Positions 12,394 through 26,210 of a DNA stretch of 53,533 nt are shown piece after piece. A model generated the notes under the pieces. It was not told the origin of the DNA, did not search any database, and saw only the letters and a list, made by a program, of their open reading frames with translations. The stretch spans positions 1-53,533 of the forward strand of contig JBHGNT010000206.1 in the NCBI GenBank assembly GCA_043228905.1. The letters run 5' to 3'. This DNA comes from Azolla caroliniana. Lineage: Eukaryota; Plantae; Polypodiophyta. Made by a program: the position numbers and the translations under genes. The number at the start of each line of letters is the position of its first letter. Positions within the stretch are counted from its first letter, which is position 1.

Positions 12394-15300
12394 ATGGTCA
12401 TACCTGGCTCCTGTGATATCGGATTTATGTGTTCAAACATGCGAATCGAAGCTAACAACGCTAGTTATGCTACACAATTAAAAAATTAGGATTTCGAAAC
12501 TCAGGTCGAGAGACATGAAGAAATTAGCAAAATTGAGGAGGGACTTGAGTAAATTAAAATGGTCATAACTGGCTCCTGTGATATCGGATTTTTGTGTTCA
12601 AGTGTGCGAATCGAAGCTAACAACGCTAGCTATGATATGGAATTAAAAAATCAAGATTTTGAAACTCAGGTAGAGAGACATGAAGAAATTAGCAAAATTG
12701 AGAAGGGACTTGAGAAGAGCCCGTGAGTAAATTCAAATGGTCATACCTGGCTCCTGTGATATCGGATTTTGGTGTTCAAACATGCGAATCGAAGCTAACA
12801 ACGCTAGCTATGATATGGAATTAAAAAATCAAGATTTTGAAACTCAGGTCGAGAGACATGACGAAATTAGCAAAATTGAGGAGGGACTTGAGAAGAGCCC
12901 GTGAGTAAATTAAAATGGTCATACCTGGCTCCTGTGATATCGGATTTTTGTGTTCAAACATGCGAATCGAAGCTAACAACGCTAGCTATGATATGGAATT
13001 AAAAAATCCAGATTTTGAAACTCAGGTCGAGAGACATGATGAAATTAGCAAAATTGAGGAGGGACTTGAGAAGAGCCCGTGAGTAAATTCAAATGGTCAT
13101 ACCTGGCTCCTCTGATATCGGATTTTTGTGTTCAAACATGCGAATCGAAGCTAATAACGCTAGCTGTGATATGGAATTAAAAAATCAAGATTTTGAAACT
13201 CAGGTCGAGAGACATGAAGAAATTAGCAAAATTGAGGAGGGACTTGAGAAGAGCTCGTGAGTAAATTAAAATGGTCATACCTGGCTCCTGTGATATCGGA
13301 TTTTTGTGTTCAAACATGCGAATCGAAGCTAACAACGCTAGCTATGCTACACAATTAAAAAATCAAGATTTTGAAACTCAGGTCGAGAGACATGAAGAAA
13401 TTAGCAAAATTAAGGAGGGACTTGAGAAGAGCCCGTGAGTAAATTAAAATGGTCATACCTGGCTCCTGTGATATCGGATTTTTGTGTTCAAACATGCGAA
13501 TCGAAGCTAACAACGCTAGCTATGATATGGAATTAAAAAATCAAGATTTTGAAACTCAGGTCGAGAGACATGACGAAATTAGCAAAATCGAGCAGGGACT
13601 TGAGAAAAGCCCGTGAGTAAATTAAAATGCTCATACCTGGCTCCTGTGATATCGGATTTTTGTGATCAAACATGCGAATCGAAGCTAACAACGCTAGCTA
13701 TGCTACACAATTAAAAAATCAAGATTTTGAAACTCAGGTCGAGAGACATGAAGAAATTTGCAAAATTGAGAAGGGACTTGAGAAGAGCCCGTGAGTAAAT
13801 TAAAATGGTCATACCTGGCTCCTGTGATATCGGATTTTTGTGTTCAAACTTCCGAATCGAAGCTAACAACGCTAGCTATGCTACACAATTAAAAAATCAA
13901 GACTTTGAAACTCAGGTCGAGAGACATGACGAAATTAGCAAAATTGAGGAGGGACTTGAGAAGAGCCCGTGAGTAAATTAAAATGGTCATACCTGGCTCC
14001 TGTGATATCGGATTTTGGTGTTCAAACATCCGAATCGAAGCTAACAACGCTAGCTATGCTACACAATTAAAAAATCAAGATTTTGAAACTCAGGTAGAGA
14101 GACATGAAGAAATTAGCAAAATTGAGAAGGGACTTGAGAAGAGCCCGTGAGTAAATTCAAATGGTCATACCTGGCTCCTGTGATATCGGATTTTTGTGTT
14201 CAAACATCCGAATCGAAGCTAACAACGCTAGCTATGCTACACAATTAAAAAATCAAGTTTTTGAAACTCAGGTCGAGAGACATGACGAAATTAGCAAAAT
14301 TGAGGAGGGACTTGAGAAGAGCCCGTGAGTAATTAAAATGGTCATACCTGGCTCCTGTGATATCGGATTTATGTGTTCAAACATGCGAATCGAAGCTAAC
14401 AACGCTAGTTATGCTACACAATTAAAAAATTAGGATTTTGAAACTCAGGTCGAGAGACATGAAGAAATTAGCAAAATTGAGGAGGGACTTGAGAAGAGCC
14501 CGTGAGTAAATTAAAATGGTCATACCTGGCTCCTGTGATATCGGATTTTTGTGTTCAAGTGTGCGAATCGAAGCTAACAACGCTAGCTATGATATGGAAT
14601 TAAAAAATCCAGATTTTGAAACTCACGTCGAGAGACATGATGAAATTAGCAAAATTGAGGAGGGACTTGAGAAGAGCCCGTGAGTAAATTCAATTGGTCA
14701 TACCTGGCTCCTCTGATATCGGATTTTTGTGTTCAAACATGCGAATCGAAGCTAATAACGCTAGCTGTGATATGGAATTAAAAAATCCAGATTTTGAAAC
14801 TCAGGTCGAGAGACATGAAGAAATTAGCAAAATTGAGGAGGGACTTGAGAAGAGCTCGTGAGTAAATTAAAATGGTCATACCTGGCTCCTGTGATATCGG
14901 ATTTTTGTGTTCAAACATGCGCATCGAAGCTAACAACGCTAGCTATGCTAAACAATTAAAAAATCAAGATTTTGAAACTCAGGTCGAGAGACATGAAGAA
15001 ATTAGCAAAATTAAGGAGGGACTTGAGAAGAGCCCGTGAGTAAATTAAAATGGTCATACCTGGCTCCTGTGATATCGGATTTTTGTGTTCAAACATGCGA
15101 ATCGAAGCTAACAACGCTAGCTATGATATGGAATTAAAAAATCCAGATTTTGAAACTCAGGTCGAGAGACATGACGAAATTAGCAAAATTGAGGAGGGAC
15201 TTGAGAAGAGCCCGTGAGTAATTAAAATGGTCATACCTGGCTCCTGTGATATCGGATTTTTGTGTTCAAGTGTGCGAATCGAAGCTAACAACGCTAGCTA

Positions 15301-18300
15301 TGATATGGAATTAAAAAATCAAGATTTTGAAACTCAGGTCGAGAGACATGACGAAATTAGCAAAATTGAGGAGGGACTTGAGAAGAGCCCGTGAGTAATT
15401 AAAATGGTCATACCTGGCTCCTGTGATATCGGATTTATGTGTTCAAACATGCGAATCGAAGCTAACAACGCTAGCTATGATATGGAATGAAAAAATCAAG
15501 ATTTCGAAACTCAGGTCGAGAGACATGAAGAAATTAGCAAAATTGAGGAGGGACTTGAGAAGAGCCCGTGAGTAAATTAAAATGGTCATACCTGGCTCCT
15601 GTGATATCGGATTTTTGTGTTCAAGTGTGCGAATCGAAGCTAACAACGCTAGCTATGATATGGAATTAAAAAATCAAGATTTTGAAACTCAGGTCGAGAG
15701 ACATGACGAAATTAGCAAAATTGAGGAGGGACTTGAGAAGAGCCCGTGAGTAAATTAAAATGGTCATACCTGGCTCCTGTGATATCGGATTTTTGTGTTC
15801 AAGTGTGCGAATCGAAGCTAATAACGCTAGCTGTGATATGGAATTAAAAAATCAAGATTTTGAAACTCAGCTCGAGAGACATGACGAAATTAGCAAAATT
15901 GAGGAGGGACTTGAGAAGAGCCCGTGAGTAAATTCAAATGGTCATACCTGGCTCCTGTGATATCGGATTTTTGTGTTCAAACATCCGAATCGAAGCTAAC
16001 AACGTTAGCTATGCTACACAATTAAAAAATCAAGATTTTGAAACTCAGGTCGAGAAACATGAAGAAATTAGCAAAATTGAGGAGGGACTTGAGAAGAGCC
16101 CGTGAGTAAATTAAAATGGTCATACCTGGCTCCTGTGATATCGGATTTTTGTGTTCAAGTGTGCGAATCGAAGCTAACAACGCTAGCTATGATACTGAAT
16201 TAAAAAATCAAGATTTCGAAACTCAGGTAGAGAGACATGAAGAAATTAGCAAAATTGAGGAGGGACTTGAGAAGAGCCCGTGAGTAAATTAAAATGGTCA
16301 TACCTGGCTCCTGTGATATCGGATTTTTGTGTTCAAACATGCGAATCGAAGCTAACAACGCTAGCTATGATATGGAATTAAAAAATCAAGATTTCGAAAC
16401 TCAGGTCGAGAGACATGACGGAATTAGCAAAATTGAGGAGGGACTTGAGAAGAGCCCGTGAGTAAATTAAAATGGTCATACCTGGCTCCTGTGATATCGG
16501 ATTTTTGTGTTCAAGTGTGCGAATCGAAGCTAATAACGCTAGCTGTGATATGGAATTAAAAAATCATTTGAAACTCAGGTCGAGAGACATGACGAAATTA
16601 GCAAAATTGAGGAGGGACTTTAGAAGAGCCCGTGAGTAAATTAAAATGGTCATACCTGGCTCCTGTGATATCGGATTTTTGTGTTCAAACATGCGAATCG
16701 AAGCTAATAACGCTAGCTGTGATATGGAATTAAAAAATCAAGATTTTGAAACTCAGGTCGAGAGACATGAAGAAATTAGCAAAATTGAGGAGGGACTTGA
16801 GAAGAGCCCGTGAGTAAATTAAAATGGTCATACCTAGCTGCTGTGATATCGGATTTTTGTGTTCAAGTGTGCGAATCGAAGCTAACAACGCTAGCTATGA
16901 TATGGAATTAAAAAATCAAGATTTTAAAACTCAGGTCGAGAGACATGACGAAATTAGCAAAATTGAGGAGGGACTTGAGAAGAGCCCGTGAGTAAATTAA
17001 AATGGTCATACCTGGCTCCTGTGATATCGGATTTTTGTGTTCAAACATGCGAATCGAAGCTAACAACGCTAGCTATGATATGGAATTAAAAAATCCAGAT
17101 TTTGAAACTCAGGTCGAGAGACATGACGAAATTAGCAAAATTGAGAAGAGACTTGAGAAGAGCCCGTGAGTAAATTAAAATGGTCATACCTGGCTCCTGT
17201 GATATCGGATTTTTGTGTTCAAACATCCGAATCGAAGCTAACAACGCTAGCTATGCTACACAATTAAGAAATCAAGATTTTGAAACTCAGGTCGAGAGAC
17301 ATGACGAAATTAGCAAAATTGAGGAGGGACTTGAGAAGAGCCCGTGAGTAATTAAAATGGTCATACCTGGCTCCTGTGATATCGGATTTATGTGTTCAAA
17401 CATGCGAATCGAAGCTAACAACGCTAGCTGTGATATGGAATTAAAAAATCAAGATTTTGAAACTCAGGTCGAGAGACATGACGAAATTAGCAAAATTGAG
17501 GAGGGACTTAAGAAGAGCCCGTGAGTAAATTAAAATGGTCATACCTGGCTCCTGTGATATCGGATTTTTGTGTTCAAACATGCGAATCGAAGCTAACAAC
17601 GCTAGCTATGATATGGAATTAAAAAATCAAGATTTTGAAACTCAGGTAGAGAGACATGAAGAAATTAGCAAAATTGAGAATGGACTTGAGAAGAGCCCGT
17701 GAGTAAATTCAAATGGTCATACCTGGCTCCTGTGATATCGGATTTTTGTGTTCAAACATGCGAATCGAAGCTAACAACGCTAGTTATGCTACACAATTAA
17801 AAAATTAGGATTTTGAAACTCAGGTCGAGAGACATGAAGAAATTAGCAAAATTGAGGAGGGACTTGAGAAGAGCCCGTGAGTAAATTAAAATGGTCATAC
17901 CTGGCTCCTGTGATATCGGATTTTTGTGTTCAAGTGTGCGAATCGAAGCTAACAACGCTAGCTATGATATGGAATTAAAAAATCAAGATTTTGAAACTCA
18001 GGTAGAGAGACATGAAGAAATTAGCAAAATTGAGAAGGGACTTGAGAAGAGCCCGTGAGTAAATTAAAATGGTCATACCTGGCTCCTGTGATATCGGATT
18101 TTTGTGTTCAAACATGCGAATCGAAGCTAACAACGCTAGCTATGATATGGAATTAAAAAATCAAGATTTTGAAACTCAGGTAGAGAGACATGAAGAAATT
18201 AACAAAATTGAGAAGGGACTTGAGAAGAGCCCGTGAGTAAATTAAAATGGTCATACCTGGCTCCTGTGATATCGGATTTTTGTGTTCAAACATGCGAATC

Positions 18301-18780
18301 GAAGCTAACAACGCTAGCTATGATATGGAATTAGAAAATCAAGATTTTGAAACTCAGGTCGAGAGACATGACGAAATTAGCAAAATTGAGGAGGGACTTG
18401 AGAAGAGCCCGTGAGTAAATTAAAATGGTCATACCTGGCTCCTGTGATATCGGATTTTTGTGTTCAAACATGCGAATCGAAGCTAACAACGCTAGCTATG
18501 ATATGGAATTAAAAAATCCAGATTTTGAAACTCAGGTCGAGAGACATGATGAAATTAGCAAAATTGAGGAGGGACTTGAGAAGAGCCCGTGAGTAAATTA
18601 AAATGGTCATACCTGGCTCCTGTGATATCGGATTTTTGTGTTCAAACATGCGAATCGAAGCTAATAACGCTAGCTGTGATATGGAATTAAAAAATCAAGA
18701 TTTTGAACCTCAGGTCGAGAGACATGAAGAAATTAGCAAAATTGAGGAGGGACTTGAGAAGAGCCCGTGAGTAAATTAAA

Positions 18781-21657
18781 ATGGTCATACCTGGCTCCTG
18801 TAATATCGGATTTTTGTGTTCAAACATGCGAATCGAAGCTAACAACGCTAGCTATGCTACACAATTAAAAAATCAAGATTTTGAAACTCAGATCGAGAGA
18901 CATGAAGAAATTAGCAAAATTAAAGAGGGACTTGAGAAGAGCCCGTGAGTAAATTATAATGGTCATACCTGGCTCCTGTGATATCGGATTTTTGTGTTCA
19001 AACATGCGAATCGAAGCTAACAACGCTAGCTATGATATAGAATTAAAAAATCTAGATTTTGAAACTCAGGTCGAGAGACATGACGAAATTAGCAAAATTG
19101 AGGAGGGACTTGAGAAGAGCCCGTGAGTAAATTAAAATGGTCATACCTGGCTCCTGTGATATCGGATTTTGGTGTTCAAACATCCGAATCGAAGCTAACA
19201 ACGCTAGCTATGCTACACAATTAAAAAATCAAGAGTTTGAAACTCAGGTCGAGAGACATGAGGAAATTTGCAAAATTGAGAAGGGACTTGAGAAGAGCCC
19301 GTGAGTAAATTAAAATGGTCATACCTGGCTCCTGTGATATCGGATTTTTGTGTTCAAACATCCGAATCGAAGCAAACAACGCTAGCTATGCTACACAATT
19401 AAAAAATCAAGATTTTGAAACTCAGATCGAGAGACATGACGAAATTAGCAAAATTGAGGAGGGACTTGAGAAGAGCCCGTGAGTAAATTAAAATGGTCAT
19501 ACCTGGCTCCGGTGATATCGGATTTTTGTGTTCAAACATGCGAATCGAAGCTAACAACGCTAGCTATGCTACACAATTAAAAAATCAAGATTTTGAAACT
19601 CAGGTCGAGAGACATGAAGAAATTTGCAAAATTGAGAAGGGACTTGAGAAGAGCCCGTGAGTAAATTAAAATGGTCATACCTGGCTCCTGTGATATCGGA
19701 TTTTTGTGTTCAAACATCCGAATCGAAGCTAACAACGTTAGCTATGCTACACAATTAAAAAATCAAGATTTTGAAACTCAGGTCGAGAAACATGAAGAAA
19801 TTAGCAAAATTGAGGAGGGACTTGAGAACAGCCCGTGAGTAAATTAAAATGGTCATACCTAGCTCCTGTGATATCGGATTTTTGTGTTCAAACATGCGAA
19901 TCGAAGCTAACAACGCTAGCTATGATATGGAATTAAAAAATCAAGATTTCGAAACTCAGGTCGAGAGACATGACGGAATTAGCAAAATTGAGGAGGGACT
20001 TGAGAAGAGCCCGTGAGTAAATTAAAATGGTCATACCTGGCTCCTGTGATATCGGATTTTTGTGTTCAAGTGTGCGAATCGAAGCTAATAACGCTAGCTG
20101 TGATATGGAATTAAAAAATCAAGAATTTGAAACTCAGGTCGAGAGACATGACGAAATTAGCAAAATTGAGGAGGGACTTGAGAAGAGCCCGTGAGTAAAT
20201 TCAAATGGTCATACCTGGCTTCTGTGATATCGGATTTTTGTGTTCAAACATGCGAATCGAAGCTAACAACGCTAGCTATGCTACACAATTAAAAAATCAA
20301 GATTTTGAAACTCAGGTCGAGAGACATGAAGAAATTAGCAAAATTAAAGAGGGACTTGAGAAGAGCCCGTGAGTAAATTATAATGGTCATACCTGGCTCC
20401 TATGATATCGGATTTTTGTGTTCAAACATGCGAATCGAAGCTAACAACGCTAGCTATGATATAGAATTAAAAAATCTAGATTTTGAAACTCAGGTCGAGA
20501 GACATGACGAAATTAGCAAAATTGAGGAGGGACTTGAGAAGAGCCCGTGAGTAAATTAAAATGGTCATACCTGGCTCCTGTGATATCGGATTTTGGTGTT
20601 CAAACATCCGAATCGAAGCTAACAACGCTAGCTATGCTACACAATTAAAAAATCAAGAGTTTGAAAGTCAGGTCGAGAGACATGAAGAAATTTGCAAAAT
20701 TGAGAAGGGACTTGAGAAGAGCCCGTGAGTAAATTAAAATGGTCATACCTGGCTCCTGTGATATCGGATTTTTGTGTTCAAACATCCGAATCGAAGCTAA
20801 CAACGCTAGCTATGCTACACAATTAAAAAATCAAGATTTTGAAACTCAGATCGAGAGACATGACGAAATTAGCAAAATTGAGGAGGGACTTGAGAAGAGC
20901 CCGTGAGTAAATTAAAATGTTCATACCTGGCTCCTGTGATATCGGATTTTTGTGTTCAAACATGCGAATCGAAGCTAACAACGCTAGCTATGCTACACAA
21001 TTAAAAAATCAAGATTTTGAAAATCAGGTCGAGAGACATGAAGAAATTTGCAAAATTGAGAAGGGACTTGAGAAGAGCCCGTGAGTAAATTAAAATGGTC
21101 ATACCTGGCTCCTGTGATATCGGATTTTTGTGTTCAAACATCCGAATCGAAGCTAACAACGTTAGCTATGCTACACAATTAAAAAATCAAGATTTTGAAA
21201 CTCAGGTCGAGAAACATGAAGAAATTAGCAAAATTGAGGAGGGACTTGAGAACAGCCCGTGAGTAAATTAAAATGGTCATACCTAGCTCCTGTGATATCG
21301 GATTTTTGTGTTCAAACATGCGAATCGAAGCTAACAACGCTAGCTATGATATGGAATTAAAAAATCAAGATTTCGAAACTCAAGTCGAGAGACATGACGG
21401 AATTAGCAAAATTGAGGAGGGACTTGAGAAGAGCCCGTGAGTAAATTAAAATGGTCATACCTGGCTCCTGTGATATCGGATTTTTGTGTTCAAGTGTGCG
21501 AATCGAAGCTAATAACGCTAGCTGTGATATGGAATTAAAAAATCAAGAATTTAAAACTCAGGTCGAGAGACATGACGAAATTAGCAAAATTGAGGAGGGA
21601 CTTGAGAAGAGCCCGTGAGTAAATTCAAATGGTCATACCTGGCTTCTGTGATATCGG
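18781..21657. repeat. 8-mer tandem duplication (1424 bp)
   Basis: GATATAGAATT...TCTAG, GAGAACAGCCC, GACGGAATT and TTCAAATGGTCATACCTGGCTTCTG recur at a 1424-bp offset (monomers 18959/20383 and 20205/21629). Confidence 0.85.
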
Positions 21658-24600
21658 ATTTTTGTGTTCAAACATGCGAATCGAAGCTAATAACGCTAGC
21701 TGTGATATGGAATTAAAAAATCAAGATTTTGAAACTCAGGTCGAGAGACATGACGAAATTAGCAAAATTGAGGAGGGACTTGAGAAGAGCCCGTGAGTAA
21801 ATTAAAATGGTCATACCTGGCTCCTGTGATATCGGATGTTTGTGTTCAAGTGTGCGAATCGAAGCTAACAACGCTAGCTATGATATGGAATTAAAAAATC
21901 AAGATTTTGAAACTCAGGTCGAGAGACATGACGAAATTAGCAAAATTGAGGAGGGACTTGAGAAGAGCCCGTGAGTAAATTAAAATGGTCATACCTGGCT
22001 CCTGTGATATCGGATTTTTGTGTTCAAACATGCGAATCGAAGCTAACAACGCTAGCTATGATATGGAATTAAAAAATCCAGATTTTGAAACTCAGGTCGA
22101 GAGACATGAAGAAATTAGCAAAATTGAGAAGGGACTTGAGAAGAGCCCGTGAGTAAATTAAAATGGTCATACCTGGCTCCTGTGATATCGGATTTTTGTG
22201 TTCAAACATGCGAATCGAAGCTAAGAACGCTAACTATGATATGGAATTAAAAAATCAAGATTTTGAAACTCAGGTCGAGAGACATGACGAAATTAGCAAA
22301 ATTGAGGAGGGACTTGAGAAGAGCCCGTGAGTAAATTAAAATGGTCATACCTGGCTCCTGTGATATCGGATTTATGTGTTCAAACATGCGAATCGAAGCT
22401 AACAACGCTAGTTATGCTACACAATTAAAAAATTAGGATTTTGAAACTCAGGTCGAGAGACATGAAGAAATTAGCAATATTGAGGAGGGACTTGAGAAGA
22501 GCCCGTGAGTAAATTAAAATGGTCATACCTGGCTCCTGTGATATCGGATTTTTGTGTTCAAGTGTGCGAATCGAAGCTAACAACGCTAGCTATGATATGG
22601 AATTAAAAAATCAAGATTTTGAAACTCAGGTAGAGAGACATGAAGAAATTAGCAAAATTGAGAAGGGACTTGAGAAGAGCTCGTGTGTAAATTCAAATGG
22701 TCATACCTGGCTCCTGTGATATCGGATTTTTGTGTTCAAACATGCGAATCGAAGCTAACAACGCTAGCTATGATATGGAATTAAAAAATCAAGATTTTGA
22801 AACTCAGGTAGAGAGACATGAAGAAATTAGCAAAATTGAGAAGGGACTTCAGAAGAGCCCGTGAGTAAATTAAAATGGTCATACCTGGCTCCTGTGATAT
22901 CGGATTTTTGTGTTCAAACATGCGAATCGAAGCTAACAACGCTAGCTATGCTACACAATTAAAAAATCAAGATTTTGAAAATCAGGTCGAGAGACATGAA
23001 GAAATTTGCAAAATTGAGAAGGGACTTGAGAAGAGCCCGTGAGTAAATTAAAATGGTCATACCTGGCTCCTGTGATATCGGATTTTTGTGTTCAAACATC
23101 CGAATCGAAGCTAACAACGTTAGCTATGCTACACAATTAAAAAATCAAGATTTTGAAACTCAGGTCGAGAAACATGAAGAAATTAGCAAAATTGAGGAGG
23201 GACTTGAGAACAGCCCGTGAGTAAATTAAAATGGTCATACCTAGCTCCTGTGATATCGGATTTTTGTGTTCAAACATGCGAATCGAAGCTAACAACGCTA
23301 GCTATGATATGGAATTAAAAAATCAAGATTTCGAAACTCAAGTCGAGAGACATGACGGAATTAGCAAAATTGAGGAGGGACTTGAGAAGAGCCCGTGAGT
23401 AAATTAAAATGGTCATACCTGGCTCCTGTGATATCGGATTTTTGTGTTCAAGTGTGCGAATCGAAGCTAATAACGCTAGCTGTGATATGGAATTAAAAAA
23501 TCAAGAATTTAAAACTCAGGTCGAGAGACATGACGAAATTAGCAAAATTGAGGAGGGACTTGAGAAGAGCCCGTGAGTAAATTCAAATGGTCATACCTGG
23601 CTTCTGTGATATCGGATTTTTGTGTTCAAACATGCGAATCGAAGCTAATAACGCTAGCTGTGATATGGAATTAAAAAATCAAGATTTTGAAACTCAGGTC
23701 GAGAGACATGACGAAATTAGCAAAATTGAGGAGGGACTTGAGAAGAGCCCGTGAGTAAATTAAAATGGTCATACCTGGCTCCTGTGATATCGGATGTTTG
23801 TGTTCAAGTGTGCGAATCGAAGCTAACAACGCTAGCTATGATATGGAATTAAAAAATCAAGATTTTGAAACTCAGGTCGAGAGACATGACGAAATTAGCA
23901 AAATTGAGGAGGGACTTGAGAAGAGCCCGTGAGTAAATTAAAATGGTCATACCTGGCTCCTGTGATATCGGATTTTTGTGTTCAAACATGCGAATCGAAG
24001 CTAACAACGCTAGCTATGATATGGAATTAAAAAATCCAGATTTTGAAACTCAGGTCGAGAGACATGAAGAAATTAGCAAAATTGAGAAGGGACTTGAGAA
24101 GAGCCCGTGAGTAAATTAAAATGGTCATACCTGGCTCCTGTGATATCGGATTTTTGTGTTCAAACATGCGAATCGAAGCTAAGAACGCTAACTATGATAT
24201 GGAATTAAAAAATCAAGATTTTGAAACTCAGGTCGAGAGACATGACGAAATTAGCAAAATTGAGGAGGGACTTGAGAAGAGCCCGTGAGTAAATTAAAAT
24301 GGTCATACCTGGCTCCTGTGATATCGGATTTATGTGTTCAAACATGCGAATCGAAGCTAACAACGCTAGTTATGCTACACAATTAAAAAATTAGGATTTT
24401 GAAACTCAGGTCGAGAGACATGAAGAAATTAGCAATATTGAGGAGGGACTTGAGAAGAGCCCGTGAGTAAATTAAAATGGTCATACCTGGCTCCTGTGAT
24501 ATCGGATTTTTGTGTTCAAGTGTGCGAATCGAAGCTAACAACGCTAGCTATGATATGGAATTAAAAAATCAAGATTTTGAAACTCAGGTAGAGAGACATG

Positions 24601-24832
24601 AAGAAATTAGCAAAATTGAGAAGGGACTTGAGAAGAGCTCGTGTGTAAATTCAAATGGTCATACCTGGCTCCTGTGATATCGGATTTTTGTGTTCAAACA
24701 TGCGAATCGAAGCTAACAACGCTAGCTATGATATGGAATTAAAAAATCAAGATTTTGAAACTCAGGTAGAGAGACATGAAGAAATTAGCAAAATTGAGAA
24801 GGGACTTCAGAAGAGCCCGTGAGTAAATTAAA
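20917..24832. repeat. 11-mer tandem duplication, 2 x 1958 bp
   Basis: Identical ORFs at 22519 and 24477 (offset 1958 = 11x178). GAAAATCAGG, CTAAGAACGCTAAC, AGCAATATTG and GACTTCAG recur at the same offset. Confidence 0.93.
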
Positions 24833-26210
24833 ATGGTCATACCTGGCTCCTGTGATATCGGATTTTTGTGTTCAAACATGCGAATCGAAGCTAACAACGC
24901 TAGCTATGATATGGAATTAAAAAATCAAGATTTCGAAACTCAGGTCGAGAGACATGACGGAATTAGCAAAATTGAGGAGGGACTTGAGAAGAGCCCGTGA
25001 GTAAATTAAAATGGTCATACCTGGCTCCTGTGATATCGGATTTTTGTGTTCAAGTGTGCGAATCGAAGCTAATAACGCTAGCTGTGATATGGAATTAAAA
25101 AATCAAGAATTTGAAACTCAGGTCGAGAGACATGACGAAATTAGCAAAATTGAGGAGGGACTTGAGAAGAGCCCGTGAGTAAATTAAAATGGTCATACCT
25201 GGCTCCTGTGATATCGGATTTTTGTGTTCAAACATCCGAATCGAAGCTAACAACGTTAGCTATGCTACACAATTAAAAAATCAAGATTTTGAAACTCAGG
25301 TCGAGAAACATGAAGAAATTAGCAAAATTGAGGAGCGACTTGAGAAGAGCCCGTGAGTAAATTAAAATGGTCATACCTGGCTCCTGTGATATCGGATGTT
25401 TGTGTTCAAGTGTGCGAATCGAAGCTAACAACGCTAGCTATGATATGGAATTAAAAAATCAAGATTTTGAAACTCAGGTCGAGAGACATGACGAAATTAG
25501 CAAAATTGAGGAGGGACTTGAGAAGAGCCCGTGAGTAAATTAAAATGGTCATACCTGGCTCCTGTGATATCGGATTTTTGTGTTCAAACATGCGAATCGA
25601 AGCTAACAACGCTAACTATGATATGGAATTAAATAATCCAGATTTTGAAACTCAGGTCGAGAGACATGAAGAAATTAGCAAAATTGAGAAGGGACTTGAG
25701 AAGAGCCCGTGAGTAAATTAAAATGGTCATACCTGGCTCCTGTGATATCGGATTTTTGTGTTCAAACATGCGAATCGAAGCTAACAACGCTAGCTATGCT
25801 ACACAATTAAAAAATCAATATTTTGAAACTCAGGTCGAGAGACATGACGAAATTAGCAAAATTGAGGAGGGACTTGAGAAGAGCCCGTGAGTAATTAAAA
25901 TGGTCATACCTGGCTCCTGTGATATCGGATTTATGTGTTCAAACATGCGAATCGAAGCTAACAACGCTAGTTATGCTACACAATTAAAAAAGTAGGATTT
26001 TGAAACTCAGGTTGAGAGACATGAAGAAATTAGCAAAATTGAGGAGGGACTTGAGAAGAGCCCGTGAGTAAATTAAAATGGTCATACCTGGCTCCTGTGA
26101 TATCGGATTTTTGTGTTCAAACATGCGAATCGAAGCTAACAACACTAGCTATGATATAGAATTAGAAAATCAAGATTTTGAAACTCAGGTCGAGAGACAT
26201 GATGAAATTA

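Larger units (their letters stand above)
1..26210. repeat. Satellite subfamily A, block 1
   Basis: Diagnostic motifs ATGGTC, GGCTCCTGTG and ATTAGCAAAATTGAGGAGGGACTTGAGAAGAGCCCGTGAG. The first B-type base is at 26211. Confidence 0.95.

Noticed and set aside
15443-15646. 67-aa minus-strand ORF
   Set aside because: Chance loss of a stop in satellite sequence, non-ATG start, no gene context.
20917-20925. B-type ATGTTC in an A monomer as inter-subfamily conversion
   Set aside because: A single base with no linked B markers, so recurrent mutation explains it equally well.
22519-22719. 66-aa ORF (also 24477-24677 and 39775-39975)
   Set aside because: It is a satellite monomer whose TGA mutated to TGT and reads into the next monomer. 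The three copies only trace the duplications.
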